From positions 53,689 to 117,688 of IMG/VR virus record IMGVR_UViG_3300042541_001760: a DNA stretch of 64,000 bases. One strand, 5' to 3'. The first letter of the stretch is position 1. Each line of letters opens with the position of its first letter. Shown here piece by piece: positions 9,576 to 18,075 of this stretch. This stretch comes from a virus. The notes below the pieces were generated by a model. It ran no database searches. It saw only the letters and a list, made by a program, of their open reading frames with translations, and was not told where the DNA came from. A program made the translations under genes and the position numbers.

Positions 9576-11903
9576 TTAGATTTTGTTAGCAAATTCCTTA
9601 TAGAAATTTTTAAATATTTCTGAGTGGTCGTAACTATCCTTATCCGTACAAATAACTTTTCCTTTGTAGTTAGAATCGTCTTTATGGGTGCAGTACCATT
9701 TTAATACCTCCCTTGGGACATACCCTGGTGGTTTATTTCCCCAATTTTTCCAATTACATGTCATGTAAGTATTACTACCAAAATCTAAATTAATATATGG
9801 TGATTCTCCTTGTCCCTGACCTTCAGGTGAAGGGTCAATTAAACCCACAAATTTCATATTACTTCTTGGACCTACATAATCCCACATTTTCATACCTCCT
9901 TTAGAAAACCCGGCAATTGAGGTTACGGTCGCATTGTAATTATCTTTCACGTGCTTTATAGCCTCTTCAACAGAGGTTCCCCAATGAGTTATCACTACCA
10001 AAACTTTACCTTTAATTGGGTCAACTCCCGATCCGTAAAAACTTTCATTTAATGAAATCTGACCATTTTGATTAGAATGTAATCCCGCAAATAAAACGTG
10101 TGCTTCACCACCCTTAAAATTATCAGGTTTATAAACTAAGTAATTCTTAGACTTTCTTTTTTCGGTTGGTTGATTTTTATCTCCGATTGTGGATTCTTTA
10201 GATTTTACAGGTTTATTTTCTATCTTATCTATGTAAGGTTCTATATCTTCTGATTGGATATTTTTTTCTTTTAATTTTCCTAATAGAACTTTAACCATTT
10301 CAGGTGTCGCAACTGAATTTACTAAATATTCACCATTATATTTACCAATATATTTTTTATCAATTATAGTTTCAGGGTCAACGGCTACCCCATTTAATAT
10401 TACCTCAAAATGTAAGTGTGGATATGTGGAATTTCCTTTTTTTGATTTTTCATCTTTCTCCCCATTACAACCCCCCTCTTTACCACCGTTACATCCACCG
10501 GTTTTACCAATAATTTGACCTTGTGTTACCGTATCACCTTTTGAAACATCTATTTCATTACAATGACAATATTTTGTTTGATAACCGTCTGAGTGTTGTA
10601 TTAAAATATAACCTCCGCATTTACCAACACCAAAGGATGACCCTACCACTTTTCCGTCGGCGGGTGATTTTATCGTAGTATTTCTATCACTACGTAAATC
10701 AACACCATTATGTGGTCTACCTCCACGAGGTCCAAACTTTGAAATCACCACTAATGTACCATCCAATGGAGGTAAAATTTTTGATTGATTGTCAGTTTCA
10801 TCAGTTGATTCAGCTTTTTCAACTGCTTCTATATTCTCCTTCTTGAATTTTTCAACTTGTCCAGAGGTTTCAGGTCCATATAAACCATCAACACCGTGAT
10901 TTGGTAACTTATAACCTAATAGTTCCAACCCTATTTGTATCGACTCAACATTTTCTTGAAATGAATACTCACCTCTTTTTTGTTGGGATACAGGTTCTTG
11001 GATTGAATCTAAAGTTTTATAGAATTCGGAAACATCGTCACTAACTATGTCTGCTTTCTTTGGGTTATCAACCTTAACTTCACCTTCTTTATTTTTTTTA
11101 CCCGAAAATAAATTAGATAAAAAATCTCTTATTTTTCCTTTATTTTTTTCTTGTTCACCAATTAATTTTTGCTCCAATGACAATTCCCTATCGACCTTTT
11201 CTTTTTCAAAGTTGAATAGTTTTTCAATATACCCATTTCGTCTAAGGTATTTAAATACCAAATTTTCGTAGGATAATTCTCCACCACCCTCTAATCCGGA
11301 TTGTCTATATTTTTTAAGTTTATCTTTGAAACCGCCTAATAACTTTAAAGCAGCCTCTAAGTCCTTACCTTTAGCCGAATCAATAACCTCATCAATTTTT
11401 TCAGTCCATTGGTCAACTTTTGACATAAGAACTTCTTTATCGGCTTTAAAATCACCTTTTTTAGGTGGTGTTAACCATTTGTTATATATAACGGAATATA
11501 CCCCTGTTGAGAAGTGGGGTTCATTACTGTCCTGTAGATATAACTCAACGTCATAACCATAAATCTTTATATTATGGTCAGAGTTAAATAATGTTTTTTT
11601 TAATTTAAAAAGTTCTTTATAAAGGTCTAATTGTTCTTTTGGGAATTGTTCAAAATCCACAATTACGTGTAAATCAAAATCAGAGTATTTTGACCAATTA
11701 TAGTTAGCCATAGAACCTGTCATATGAACATCGGACACGATAATATCAATACCTAAAAATTCTATGAATTCATAAGCAATTTCTAATAACTTTTCTCTAA
11801 TTTCAGGTTTAAGTTTTGTCGACTTATTGTCCTTAACCCACACCTTTGGATTTAGTCCTTTTTTTAAATCAAAGCTTGATAAAATTTCACTATCCTTTTT
11901 CAT
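9576..11903 (-). CDS. Multi-domain cell-wall hydrolase: N-terminal minimal nucleotidyltransferase fold, PG-binding domain, M23 peptidase, C-terminal alpha/beta-hydrolase (GXSXG)
   Basis: 775 aa. Pol-beta-type nucleotidyltransferase signature TGSMANYNWSKYSDFDLHV (GS-x10-DxD). PG_binding_1-like IQIGLELLGYKLPNHGVDGLYGPETSGQVEKFKKEN. M23 motifs HNGVDL (HxxxD) and HLHFEV (HxH). C-terminal GFSKGG nucleophile elbow. Confidence 0.85.
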   Translation of the reverse strand: MKKDSEILSSFDLKKGLNPKVWVKDNKSTKLKPEIREKLLEIAYEFIEFLGIDIIVSDVHMTGSMANYNWSKYSDFDLHVIVDFEQFPKEQLDLYKELFKLKKTLFNSDHNIKIYGYDVELYLQDSNEPHFSTGVYSVIYNKWLTPPKKGDFKADKEVLMSKVDQWTEKIDEVIDSAKGKDLEAALKLLGGFKDKLKKYRQSGLEGGGELSYENLVFKYLRRNGYIEKLFNFEKEKVDRELSLEQKLIGEQEKNKGKIRDFLSNLFSGKKNKEGEVKVDNPKKADIVSDDVSEFYKTLDSIQEPVSQQKRGEYSFQENVESIQIGLELLGYKLPNHGVDGLYGPETSGQVEKFKKENIEAVEKAESTDETDNQSKILPPLDGTLVVISKFGPRGGRPHNGVDLRSDRNTTIKSPADGKVVGSSFGVGKCGGYILIQHSDGYQTKYCHCNEIDVSKGDTVTQGQIIGKTGGCNGGKEGGCNGEKDEKSKKGNSTYPHLHFEVILNGVAVDPETIIDKKYIGKYNGEYLVNSVATPEMVKVLLGKLKEKNIQSEDIEPYIDKIENKPVKSKESTIGDKNQPTEKRKSKNYLVYKPDNFKGGEAHVLFAGLHSNQNGQISLNESFYGSGVDPIKGKVLVVITHWGTSVEEAIKHVKDNYNATVTSIAGFSKGGMKMWDYVGPRSNMKFVGLIDPSPEGQGQGESPYINLDFGSNTYMTCNWKNWGNKPPGYVPREVLKWYCTHKDDSNYKGKVICTDKDSYDHSEIFKNFYKEFANKI

Positions 11904-11935
11904 TAACTAATAAATACTACAAAACATGTATTTAG

Positions 11936-12178
11936 TTAAAGTTTTTTATATGGGTGAACTTTTGCAATTTTTGAACTGAAGAATTTACCTTGAGATTCCG
12001 ACATTCTAAATTGAGTATATAATTGATGGGGTACATCTTGATACTCATATTTTAAACCATTATTAAACTCAACTAATAGATCCTTTGTTTCGGTATCATA
12101 TTCTGTGTGTTTAATATTTGACGAAGTAATATCATTAATTATTTTTGTTCCTATAATTTCTTCTTTTGTGATTGCCAT
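11936..12178 (-). CDS. KTSC-domain protein
   Basis: 80 aa. LLVEFNNGLKYEYQDVPHQLYTQFRMSESQGKFFSSKIA matches the KTSC domain pattern (F.nG..Y.Y..VP...Y......S.G.yF...I). Confidence 0.6.
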   Translation of the reverse strand: MAITKEEIIGTKIINDITSSNIKHTEYDTETKDLLVEFNNGLKYEYQDVPHQLYTQFRMSESQGKFFSSKIAKVHPYKKL

Positions 12179-12210
12179 AATTTTTTATTTAAAAAATAAA
12201 TACTAGTATA

Positions 12211-12242
12211 AAAAAGAAAACCCCTCTTTTGGGGAGGGGTTA
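12211..12242 (-). terminator. Rho-independent terminator (minus strand)
   Basis: CCCCTC-TTTT-GGGGAGGGG hairpin. On the minus strand it is followed by TTTTCTTTTT. Lies between two minus-strand genes. Confidence 0.55.
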
Positions 12243-12269
12243 TCAATTTACTTTTAGTAACAATAAAGT

Positions 12270-12659
12270 TTAAGACCAAGAAGCGTCTCCAATATCACCT
12301 TGATACTTTCTAAATTCTCTATCGTGGTCAAATCCAGATTCACCACCACTCTTTTGTGGTCTTCTAGTTTTGATTGTTAAAGGTTTTCCTGTTTTTTCTT
12401 TATATGTGTTAAACATTGCCTTACCCATATCACCACCTAAAGCTCTTCTTTTTGGATGTTTTTCGTGAAATGATTCATAGTCATTAAATTCCTCTGAATC
12501 AAAATCATCATCATTTATATCATCGTCAGAGAATTGGTCGGTATCCATATCAACCCATTTTTCATCACCACCAAATGAACCATATCTTTCACCTTCGCTG
12601 ATTATTCTTTTTACTAACCTAACTAAATCACTTTCTGTTAATCTTACAATTTTTTTCAT
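12270..12659 (-). CDS. Hypothetical protein with leader type b (MKKIVRLTESDLVRLVKRIISEGE)
   Basis: 129 aa. The N-terminal 25 residues are near-identical in pattern to the N-terminus of ORF 51238-51753 (MKVIKLTESDIKKIVKRVISEEE). Confidence 0.5.
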   Translation of the reverse strand: MKKIVRLTESDLVRLVKRIISEGERYGSFGGDEKWVDMDTDQFSDDDINDDDFDSEEFNDYESFHEKHPKRRALGGDMGKAMFNTYKEKTGKPLTIKTRRPQKSGGESGFDHDREFRKYQGDIGDASWS

Positions 12660-12705
12660 AATATAATTTTTATTATAAATATATTACGACTTGTAAAAAA
12701 AATAT

Positions 12706-13077
12706 TTAAAGCAAAGATATCTTTTTCTTTCTCTCAATCTTTTTTTCATTAGGGATAAACACGCTTAATAACCCATCCTCAATAGTTGCTTCAAGTTTAG
12801 AGGTGTCAATATTTAATCCCAAATCATAAGAGAAGTGAACACTCTTAGTTTTATCACCACTTGATGATTTAATTACACGACTACCATCAATGGTTAAAAT
12901 TGTGTCATCAACATCAACTTTTAAATTTGACTTATTAAAGCCAGGGACGCTGAATACATAATAAGCCCCATCTTCGGTTTTATGAACATCATAGTCACTG
13001 ACATAATTTCTTCTGAATTTAGCATCAGTAAAGTCGTTTAGGATTGTGTCGAAAATTGATAAATTTCCTGTTTTCAT
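12706..13077 (-). CDS. Small heat-shock protein, Hsp20/alpha-crystallin family
   Basis: 123 aa. ACD-like core YYVFSVPGFNKSNLKVDVDDTILTIDG...ATIEDGLLSVFIPNEKK. Confidence 0.75.
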   Translation of the reverse strand: MKTGNLSIFDTILNDFTDAKFRRNYVSDYDVHKTEDGAYYVFSVPGFNKSNLKVDVDDTILTIDGSRVIKSSSGDKTKSVHFSYDLGLNIDTSKLEATIEDGLLSVFIPNEKKIERKKKISLL

Positions 13078-13206
13078 AGTTTTTTAAATTTTTATGTTTA
13101 TTATTTGATTGTGAATTATTCAACTGGTGTGCCAAATAAAATATACGACATTTTGTCAGTTAGTATATGACAATTTGTCACTATTGAACTATTGAGTATA
13201 ATTTCA

Positions 13207-13216
13207 TATATTTATT
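13207..13216 (+). promoter_or_regulatory. Putative Bacteroidetes-type -7 promoter box (TATATTTATT) for the ClpC-like gene
   Basis: TAnnTTT(A/G) motif 14 nt upstream of ATG 13231. The same box recurs before most genes in the window. Confidence 0.35.
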
Positions 13217-13230
13217 AAAAAAATAAGATT

Positions 13231-15273
13231 ATGAATGAGATAATGGACGGTGATGGACCTTCATCAAGAAAAAAAGGCGACAACGATAGTGGTACTCCTG
13301 TACTGGATAACTTCAGTAAAGATTTAAATAAATTGGCTGAGGAAGGTAAATTAGATTCAGTTATTGGTAGAGATAAAGAGATATTAAGAATTGCTCAGAT
13401 ATTATCAAGAAGAAAGAAAAATAATCCTATTATTATTGGAGAACCGGGTTGTGGTAAGACCGCAATTGTTGAGGGATTGGCAATGAAAATCCAACAAGGT
13501 GAATGTCCGAGAAATTTAGCGGATAAGAGAATTGTCCTGTTAGATATGACATCCATTGTTGCGGGAACAAAATACAGAGGTCAGTTTGAGGAAAGAATGA
13601 AAGTGATTATTGAAGAATTACAATCACATCCCAACATTATTATCTTCATAGATGAGATTCACACCATTGTAGGTGCAGGTAATTCATCAGGATCATTGGA
13701 CGCTTCAAACATATTCAAACCAGCATTGGCAAGAGGTGAGATTCAATGTATCGGAGCTACAACACTTGATGAATACCGTAAAAACTTTGAGAAAGACGGA
13801 GCGTTGGAAAGAAGATTCCAAAAAGTGGTGGTTGACCCTTCAACGAAAGAAGAAACTCTACAAATTCTAAAAAACTCAAAAGACAAATACGAGAGTTACC
13901 ATAAAGTTATTTTTAGTGACGAAGTATTAATCACTTGTGTTGATTTGGCGGACAGATATATTACCGATAGAGAGTTTCCCGATAAGGCTTTTGATATTAT
14001 AGATGAAGTTGGGGCAAGAAGTCAGGTGGATATTAAAATGCCTGAAGTTATTGAGAAATTGAAATTGGACGCAATTGATATCAAACAACAAAAGATTGAT
14101 GTTGTAAAGAAACAGAATTACGAACAAGCGGCAGAACTTAGAGATAAGGAGAAAAAAATTCTGAATAAACTTCACGTAGAAAAAATGAAGTTTGAAGAAG
14201 AAATGAATATCAATAAGAAAGAAGTTGAGATTGAATTGGTTTATGAAGTTGTATCCAATATGACAAAAATTCCTGTTGGAAAACTTAACATTGACGATTC
14301 AAAATCATTGGTTGATTTGGAGGTTAATATCGGATCGAAAGTTATTGGTCAATCTGAAGCGGTTTCAAAAATATCAAAAGCAATTAGAAGAAATAGATTA
14401 GGTATTAAAGACCCAAATAGACCCATAGGATCGTTTATCTTCTTAGGATCCACAGGTGTGGGTAAAACACACTTAGCCAAGCAATTGGCGAAAGAGATAT
14501 TCGGTAGTGAAGATTCTTTAATTAGAGTTGATATGTCCGAATATCAAGAAAAACACTCAATCTCTCGTTTAATCGGATCTCCTCCGGGATATGTTGGTTA
14601 TGATGAAGGTGGTCAATTAACTGAACAAGTTAAAAACAAACCATACTCCGTTATTTTATTTGATGAAATTGAAAAGGCAAATAAAGACATATTCTCAACT
14701 TTACTACAGGTATTGGATGATGGTCACCTTACAGATGGATTGGGAAGAAAAATCAATTTCAAAAATTGTCTTATCATTATGACATCAAATATTGGTGTTA
14801 AAAAATTACAAGATTTTGGGGCTGGTGTTGGATTCCAAACTAAGTCCTATGTTGAAGAAGAACAAAAACGAGACATCCTTAAAAAGGAACTTCAAAAATT
14901 CTTCGCACCTGAATTCCTAAACAGAATTGATGATGTGATAATCTTTAACACCCTAAAACAAGAACAAATTAACGAAATCGTTAAGATTGAACTTAATAAG
15001 TTATCATCAAGATTGACTAAAATCAAATACCAATTCAAATTTGAATCTTCGGTAACTGATATGATATCAAAAGTTGGTTTTGATGAAATGTATGGGGCTA
15101 GACCTTTAAAGAGGGCTATCCAAGATAAAATTGAGGATTATATTTCCGAGGAAGTTCTTAGAGGTGAACTTAAAACCGAAACACCTTATGTGGTTACGGC
15201 AGAGAATGACGTTATTATTATAACGGAAGAGAAAAAAGGAAAGAAGGGTAAAACAAAAAAGGAGGTTGAATAA
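13231..15273 (+). CDS. ClpC/ClpB-like double AAA+ chaperone ATPase lacking the N-domain
   Basis: 680 aa. D1 Walker A GEPGCGKTAIVEGLA and Walker B IIFIDEIHTIVGAG. Short UVR-like middle motif KQNYEQAAELRDKEKKI. D2 FLGSTGVGKTHLAKQLA...RVDMSEYQEKHSISRLIGSPPGYVGYDEGGQLTE...LFDEIEKA...LQVLDDGHLTDGLGR. Confidence 0.9.
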   Translation: MNEIMDGDGPSSRKKGDNDSGTPVLDNFSKDLNKLAEEGKLDSVIGRDKEILRIAQILSRRKKNNPIIIGEPGCGKTAIVEGLAMKIQQGECPRNLADKRIVLLDMTSIVAGTKYRGQFEERMKVIIEELQSHPNIIIFIDEIHTIVGAGNSSGSLDASNIFKPALARGEIQCIGATTLDEYRKNFEKDGALERRFQKVVVDPSTKEETLQILKNSKDKYESYHKVIFSDEVLITCVDLADRYITDREFPDKAFDIIDEVGARSQVDIKMPEVIEKLKLDAIDIKQQKIDVVKKQNYEQAAELRDKEKKILNKLHVEKMKFEEEMNINKKEVEIELVYEVVSNMTKIPVGKLNIDDSKSLVDLEVNIGSKVIGQSEAVSKISKAIRRNRLGIKDPNRPIGSFIFLGSTGVGKTHLAKQLAKEIFGSEDSLIRVDMSEYQEKHSISRLIGSPPGYVGYDEGGQLTEQVKNKPYSVILFDEIEKANKDIFSTLLQVLDDGHLTDGLGRKINFKNCLIIMTSNIGVKKLQDFGAGVGFQTKSYVEEEQKRDILKKELQKFFAPEFLNRIDDVIIFNTLKQEQINEIVKIELNKLSSRLTKIKYQFKFESSVTDMISKVGFDEMYGARPLKRAIQDKIEDYISEEVLRGELKTETPYVVTAENDVIIITEEKKGKKGKTKKEVE

Positions 15274-15287
15274 CCTCCTTTTTTTAA
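15255..15287. terminator. Bidirectional rho-independent terminator between convergent genes
   Basis: GGAGGTT-GAAT-AACCTCC hairpin flanked by an A-run upstream and TTTTTTT downstream. Confidence 0.55.
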
Positions 15288-16117
15288 AATGGACTATAAA
15301 TTTTATTAGGTTTCTCCTCTTTAAATTGGTGTTTGGTGTAACCCAATGATTCTATCATTTTTTTACCAACTTTGATACCATTGTAGACATCCTCAACCAC
15401 CACATATTCATTTGCGGTGTGGTAATCGTAGTACCCAATGGAGATATTGATACAAGAAAAATCAAAAGATTCTTTAAGAGCGTAAACATCGGTATAAGGG
15501 TGTGAGAAATATTTTAGTTTATCAGGAAAACTTTCAGTTAGAACTTTATCACATTCTTTAAAAAAGTCAGTCCGTCTGTCAAATAATGTTGTTCCCCAAC
15601 ATCTTTCAGTAACCATCCAATTTTCGGGGGCGTCGAACTGAATTGCGTAACCAACATTTGTAAAGAATGATTTGTCGGCTTTACGAGACCCGTGACATCC
15701 TGTTTCTTCAGATACAAAGAACGCCGCCTTTAAGTTGGGTAACTCTTTTAGTAATTCTAAACAAGCATAGACACCACACTTGTCATCACCTCCAATACCT
15801 GTAGGGTTTCCTTCGTTATTATACGCTTTTAGGGATAACTTAATTTCACCTTGAGCGTTTTCAAGTTGTTCTTCAACGACATTGATTGAGTCCATATTAT
15901 GAACCGTATCAGTGTGTGATACAACACAAGGGAACATAAACCCATTAGGTAAATCACCGGTTTGTTTGGTGGCATAAACATTAAGATGTTCATCCACCGT
16001 ATGGTCAATGTTGTTTTCCGTTAACCAATCAATAAGAAATTGAACCATCTGTTCTTCCTTATAAGTTTTACTTGGTACTGACAATACGTCTTTTAGTAAT
16101 TGATAATTTCTTTCCAT
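15284..16117 (-). CDS. M20/M28/M42-type metallopeptidase
   Basis: 277 aa. Metal-ligand motifs HTDTV, GGDDKCG and the catalytic Glu-Glu SEETGCHGS. Confidence 0.55.
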   Translation of the reverse strand: MERNYQLLKDVLSVPSKTYKEEQMVQFLIDWLTENNIDHTVDEHLNVYATKQTGDLPNGFMFPCVVSHTDTVHNMDSINVVEEQLENAQGEIKLSLKAYNNEGNPTGIGGDDKCGVYACLELLKELPNLKAAFFVSEETGCHGSRKADKSFFTNVGYAIQFDAPENWMVTERCWGTTLFDRRTDFFKECDKVLTESFPDKLKYFSHPYTDVYALKESFDFSCINISIGYYDYHTANEYVVVEDVYNGIKVGKKMIESLGYTKHQFKEEKPNKIYSPF

Positions 16118-16153
16118 ATGACAAATATATGAAAAAGTTTTGATATATAAAAT

Positions 16154-16600
16154 TTAATCTTTTGATTTGATTTTAAATTTTATATTTTCCACATCATTTT
16201 TACTTGAAACCCAATGAACGTCAGATGGAATTTTTTCTAAGAGATTTGAATAATTTTTTAGTAAGGTATTAAAGTGTTTTTTATTAAACCATTTAGACCT
16301 TTTAATAATTATTTTAACTACATTTTTATCCTTATCTAATAATATTGCCGATCCGGGCGCCATTATACTAACCTCATTCTTGAAAGTATCAAAGTCAAAA
16401 TGTTTTCTCATGCCGTCAAAATCGTCATCATCATCTTGCGACATTAAATTTTTACCCATGTCTTTTGTATAATCGTCACCTTGATAAAACATTGAGTCCA
16501 TAGGAGATTCTAAAATAATGGTATTATAACCTCTTTTTTTATGCATTTCTAATATTCTACCTCTCTCAGATGAATTAATATTGTTGAATAAATTTTTCAT
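16154..16600 (-). CDS. Hypothetical protein
   Basis: 148-aa ORF. A TATAAATAT box sits at 16614-16622, 14 nt upstream of its start. Confidence 0.5.
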   Translation of the reverse strand: MKNLFNNINSSERGRILEMHKKRGYNTIILESPMDSMFYQGDDYTKDMGKNLMSQDDDDDFDGMRKHFDFDTFKNEVSIMAPGSAILLDKDKNVVKIIIKRSKWFNKKHFNTLLKNYSNLLEKIPSDVHWVSSKNDVENIKFKIKSKD

Positions 16601-16621
16601 ACTGTTTTTTGTTTATAAATA

Positions 16622-17986
16622 TCACTCATCTTTAAATAACTCAGGATGATATATTAAAGTATAAAAATCTTCTAATGTCTTGTCAGTATATTTTATATTA
16701 CAACCTCCGGAAACACAACCTGTTCTAATATTTAATAAATTTGTTTTAGGATCAATTGTGACAATCTCAAACCATCTAGTTTTGTCCTTTGGAAATGCAT
16801 ATCGTTTAGTATAAACATATTTCTTATTTATCTCACGAACTATTTCCTTAAATTCCACCATATTTAAAAAATTATCCGAGTCCTCCAATTCGTCAATTAT
16901 TTTATCTAAGGAATAACTAACTAACCTGTTAAAACTTTCACCATCAAAATGTTCATAACCCTCAACTTCATACGCATACTCATAAAAATCCTGAACCTCA
17001 ATTGAGTGACCAAGTTCCTTTAAGACCTCCTCCAATGTCATATTGGTTCCATATCTTTCAAATAACTTAATTAATATTCTAACTGTGGTTATGTATTTAT
17101 AAAAACAACTTAATTTCATTAAACCATAAGGTCTAAAAATATCACATAATTCATCTTTTATTTCCTCCCTTTGAGCGGCGTTTTTGCCGTTATTTGTTTC
17201 AGAGTTATATTCGTTATATATATCTTGAGATATTTTTGGGAAAAATTCATCCATTGCTACTGCAATTTTGGCATTTGTCTCACTCTCACCATCCATAGTT
17301 AAATTAGGTGCGATATATTTTAAAATATCATTAACTTTTTGTTTGTTTTCATCATTAAAGTCATATAACACATATCCCTCCTTCCATTGATAATCATCAT
17401 CCCAATCAACAAAATCATATCCATTACCGTAATGGTCAAAAATCGCATTTACATACCATTTACCTTGGTCACCCAAATCAAATAATTCAAAATACTCAGA
17501 ATCATTTCTAAACGTTAATGTTATCTTAGATTTTTCAGGTTTGTTTTTATCAAAAAATAATTTATATATCATAGGATCTAACTGACCCAAAACATAATCA
17601 TCTTTCGGTTCAATACCCATAGCAATTGCCTTTAATGCTCTATATGTGCTAGTACCAAACGGGTTAATAATCGTCATTAATTTACTCTCCAATGAGGGAA
17701 ACATCTCAACTAAACTTTCAAACTCTAAATAATTTTGGTCATTATCCATTATTGACATAGACCCATAATTAGGATTGAATAGACTAGCTGAATTTTCCCT
17801 GTTTTCTTTATCTATAATAAAATATAAATCACCATTTCTATAAACACTACCCCAATTACTACCGGCAAATCTATCACCACCAAAATACTTAGCGGAAATA
17901 GGACCATTTGCCATTACTATAAGATACTTTGAATTCTCAAGAATGATTTCCGATTCGGTGTAAGCGTCATTTTCTAATTCGTCCAT
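16622..17986 (-). CDS. Hypothetical protein
   Basis: 454-aa ORF. Acidic and Tyr/Phe-rich. No motif recognised. Confidence 0.55.
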   Translation of the reverse strand: MDELENDAYTESEIILENSKYLIVMANGPISAKYFGGDRFAGSNWGSVYRNGDLYFIIDKENRENSASLFNPNYGSMSIMDNDQNYLEFESLVEMFPSLESKLMTIINPFGTSTYRALKAIAMGIEPKDDYVLGQLDPMIYKLFFDKNKPEKSKITLTFRNDSEYFELFDLGDQGKWYVNAIFDHYGNGYDFVDWDDDYQWKEGYVLYDFNDENKQKVNDILKYIAPNLTMDGESETNAKIAVAMDEFFPKISQDIYNEYNSETNNGKNAAQREEIKDELCDIFRPYGLMKLSCFYKYITTVRILIKLFERYGTNMTLEEVLKELGHSIEVQDFYEYAYEVEGYEHFDGESFNRLVSYSLDKIIDELEDSDNFLNMVEFKEIVREINKKYVYTKRYAFPKDKTRWFEIVTIDPKTNLLNIRTGCVSGGCNIKYTDKTLEDFYTLIYHPELFKDE

Positions 17987-18075
17987 ATAACTTTTTTACA
18001 TAAATATCCGATTTATTTTGTTTTTTCAAATATCTATTGTATATTTGTAATCAGAGACAAGTTCTTTAAAATATT

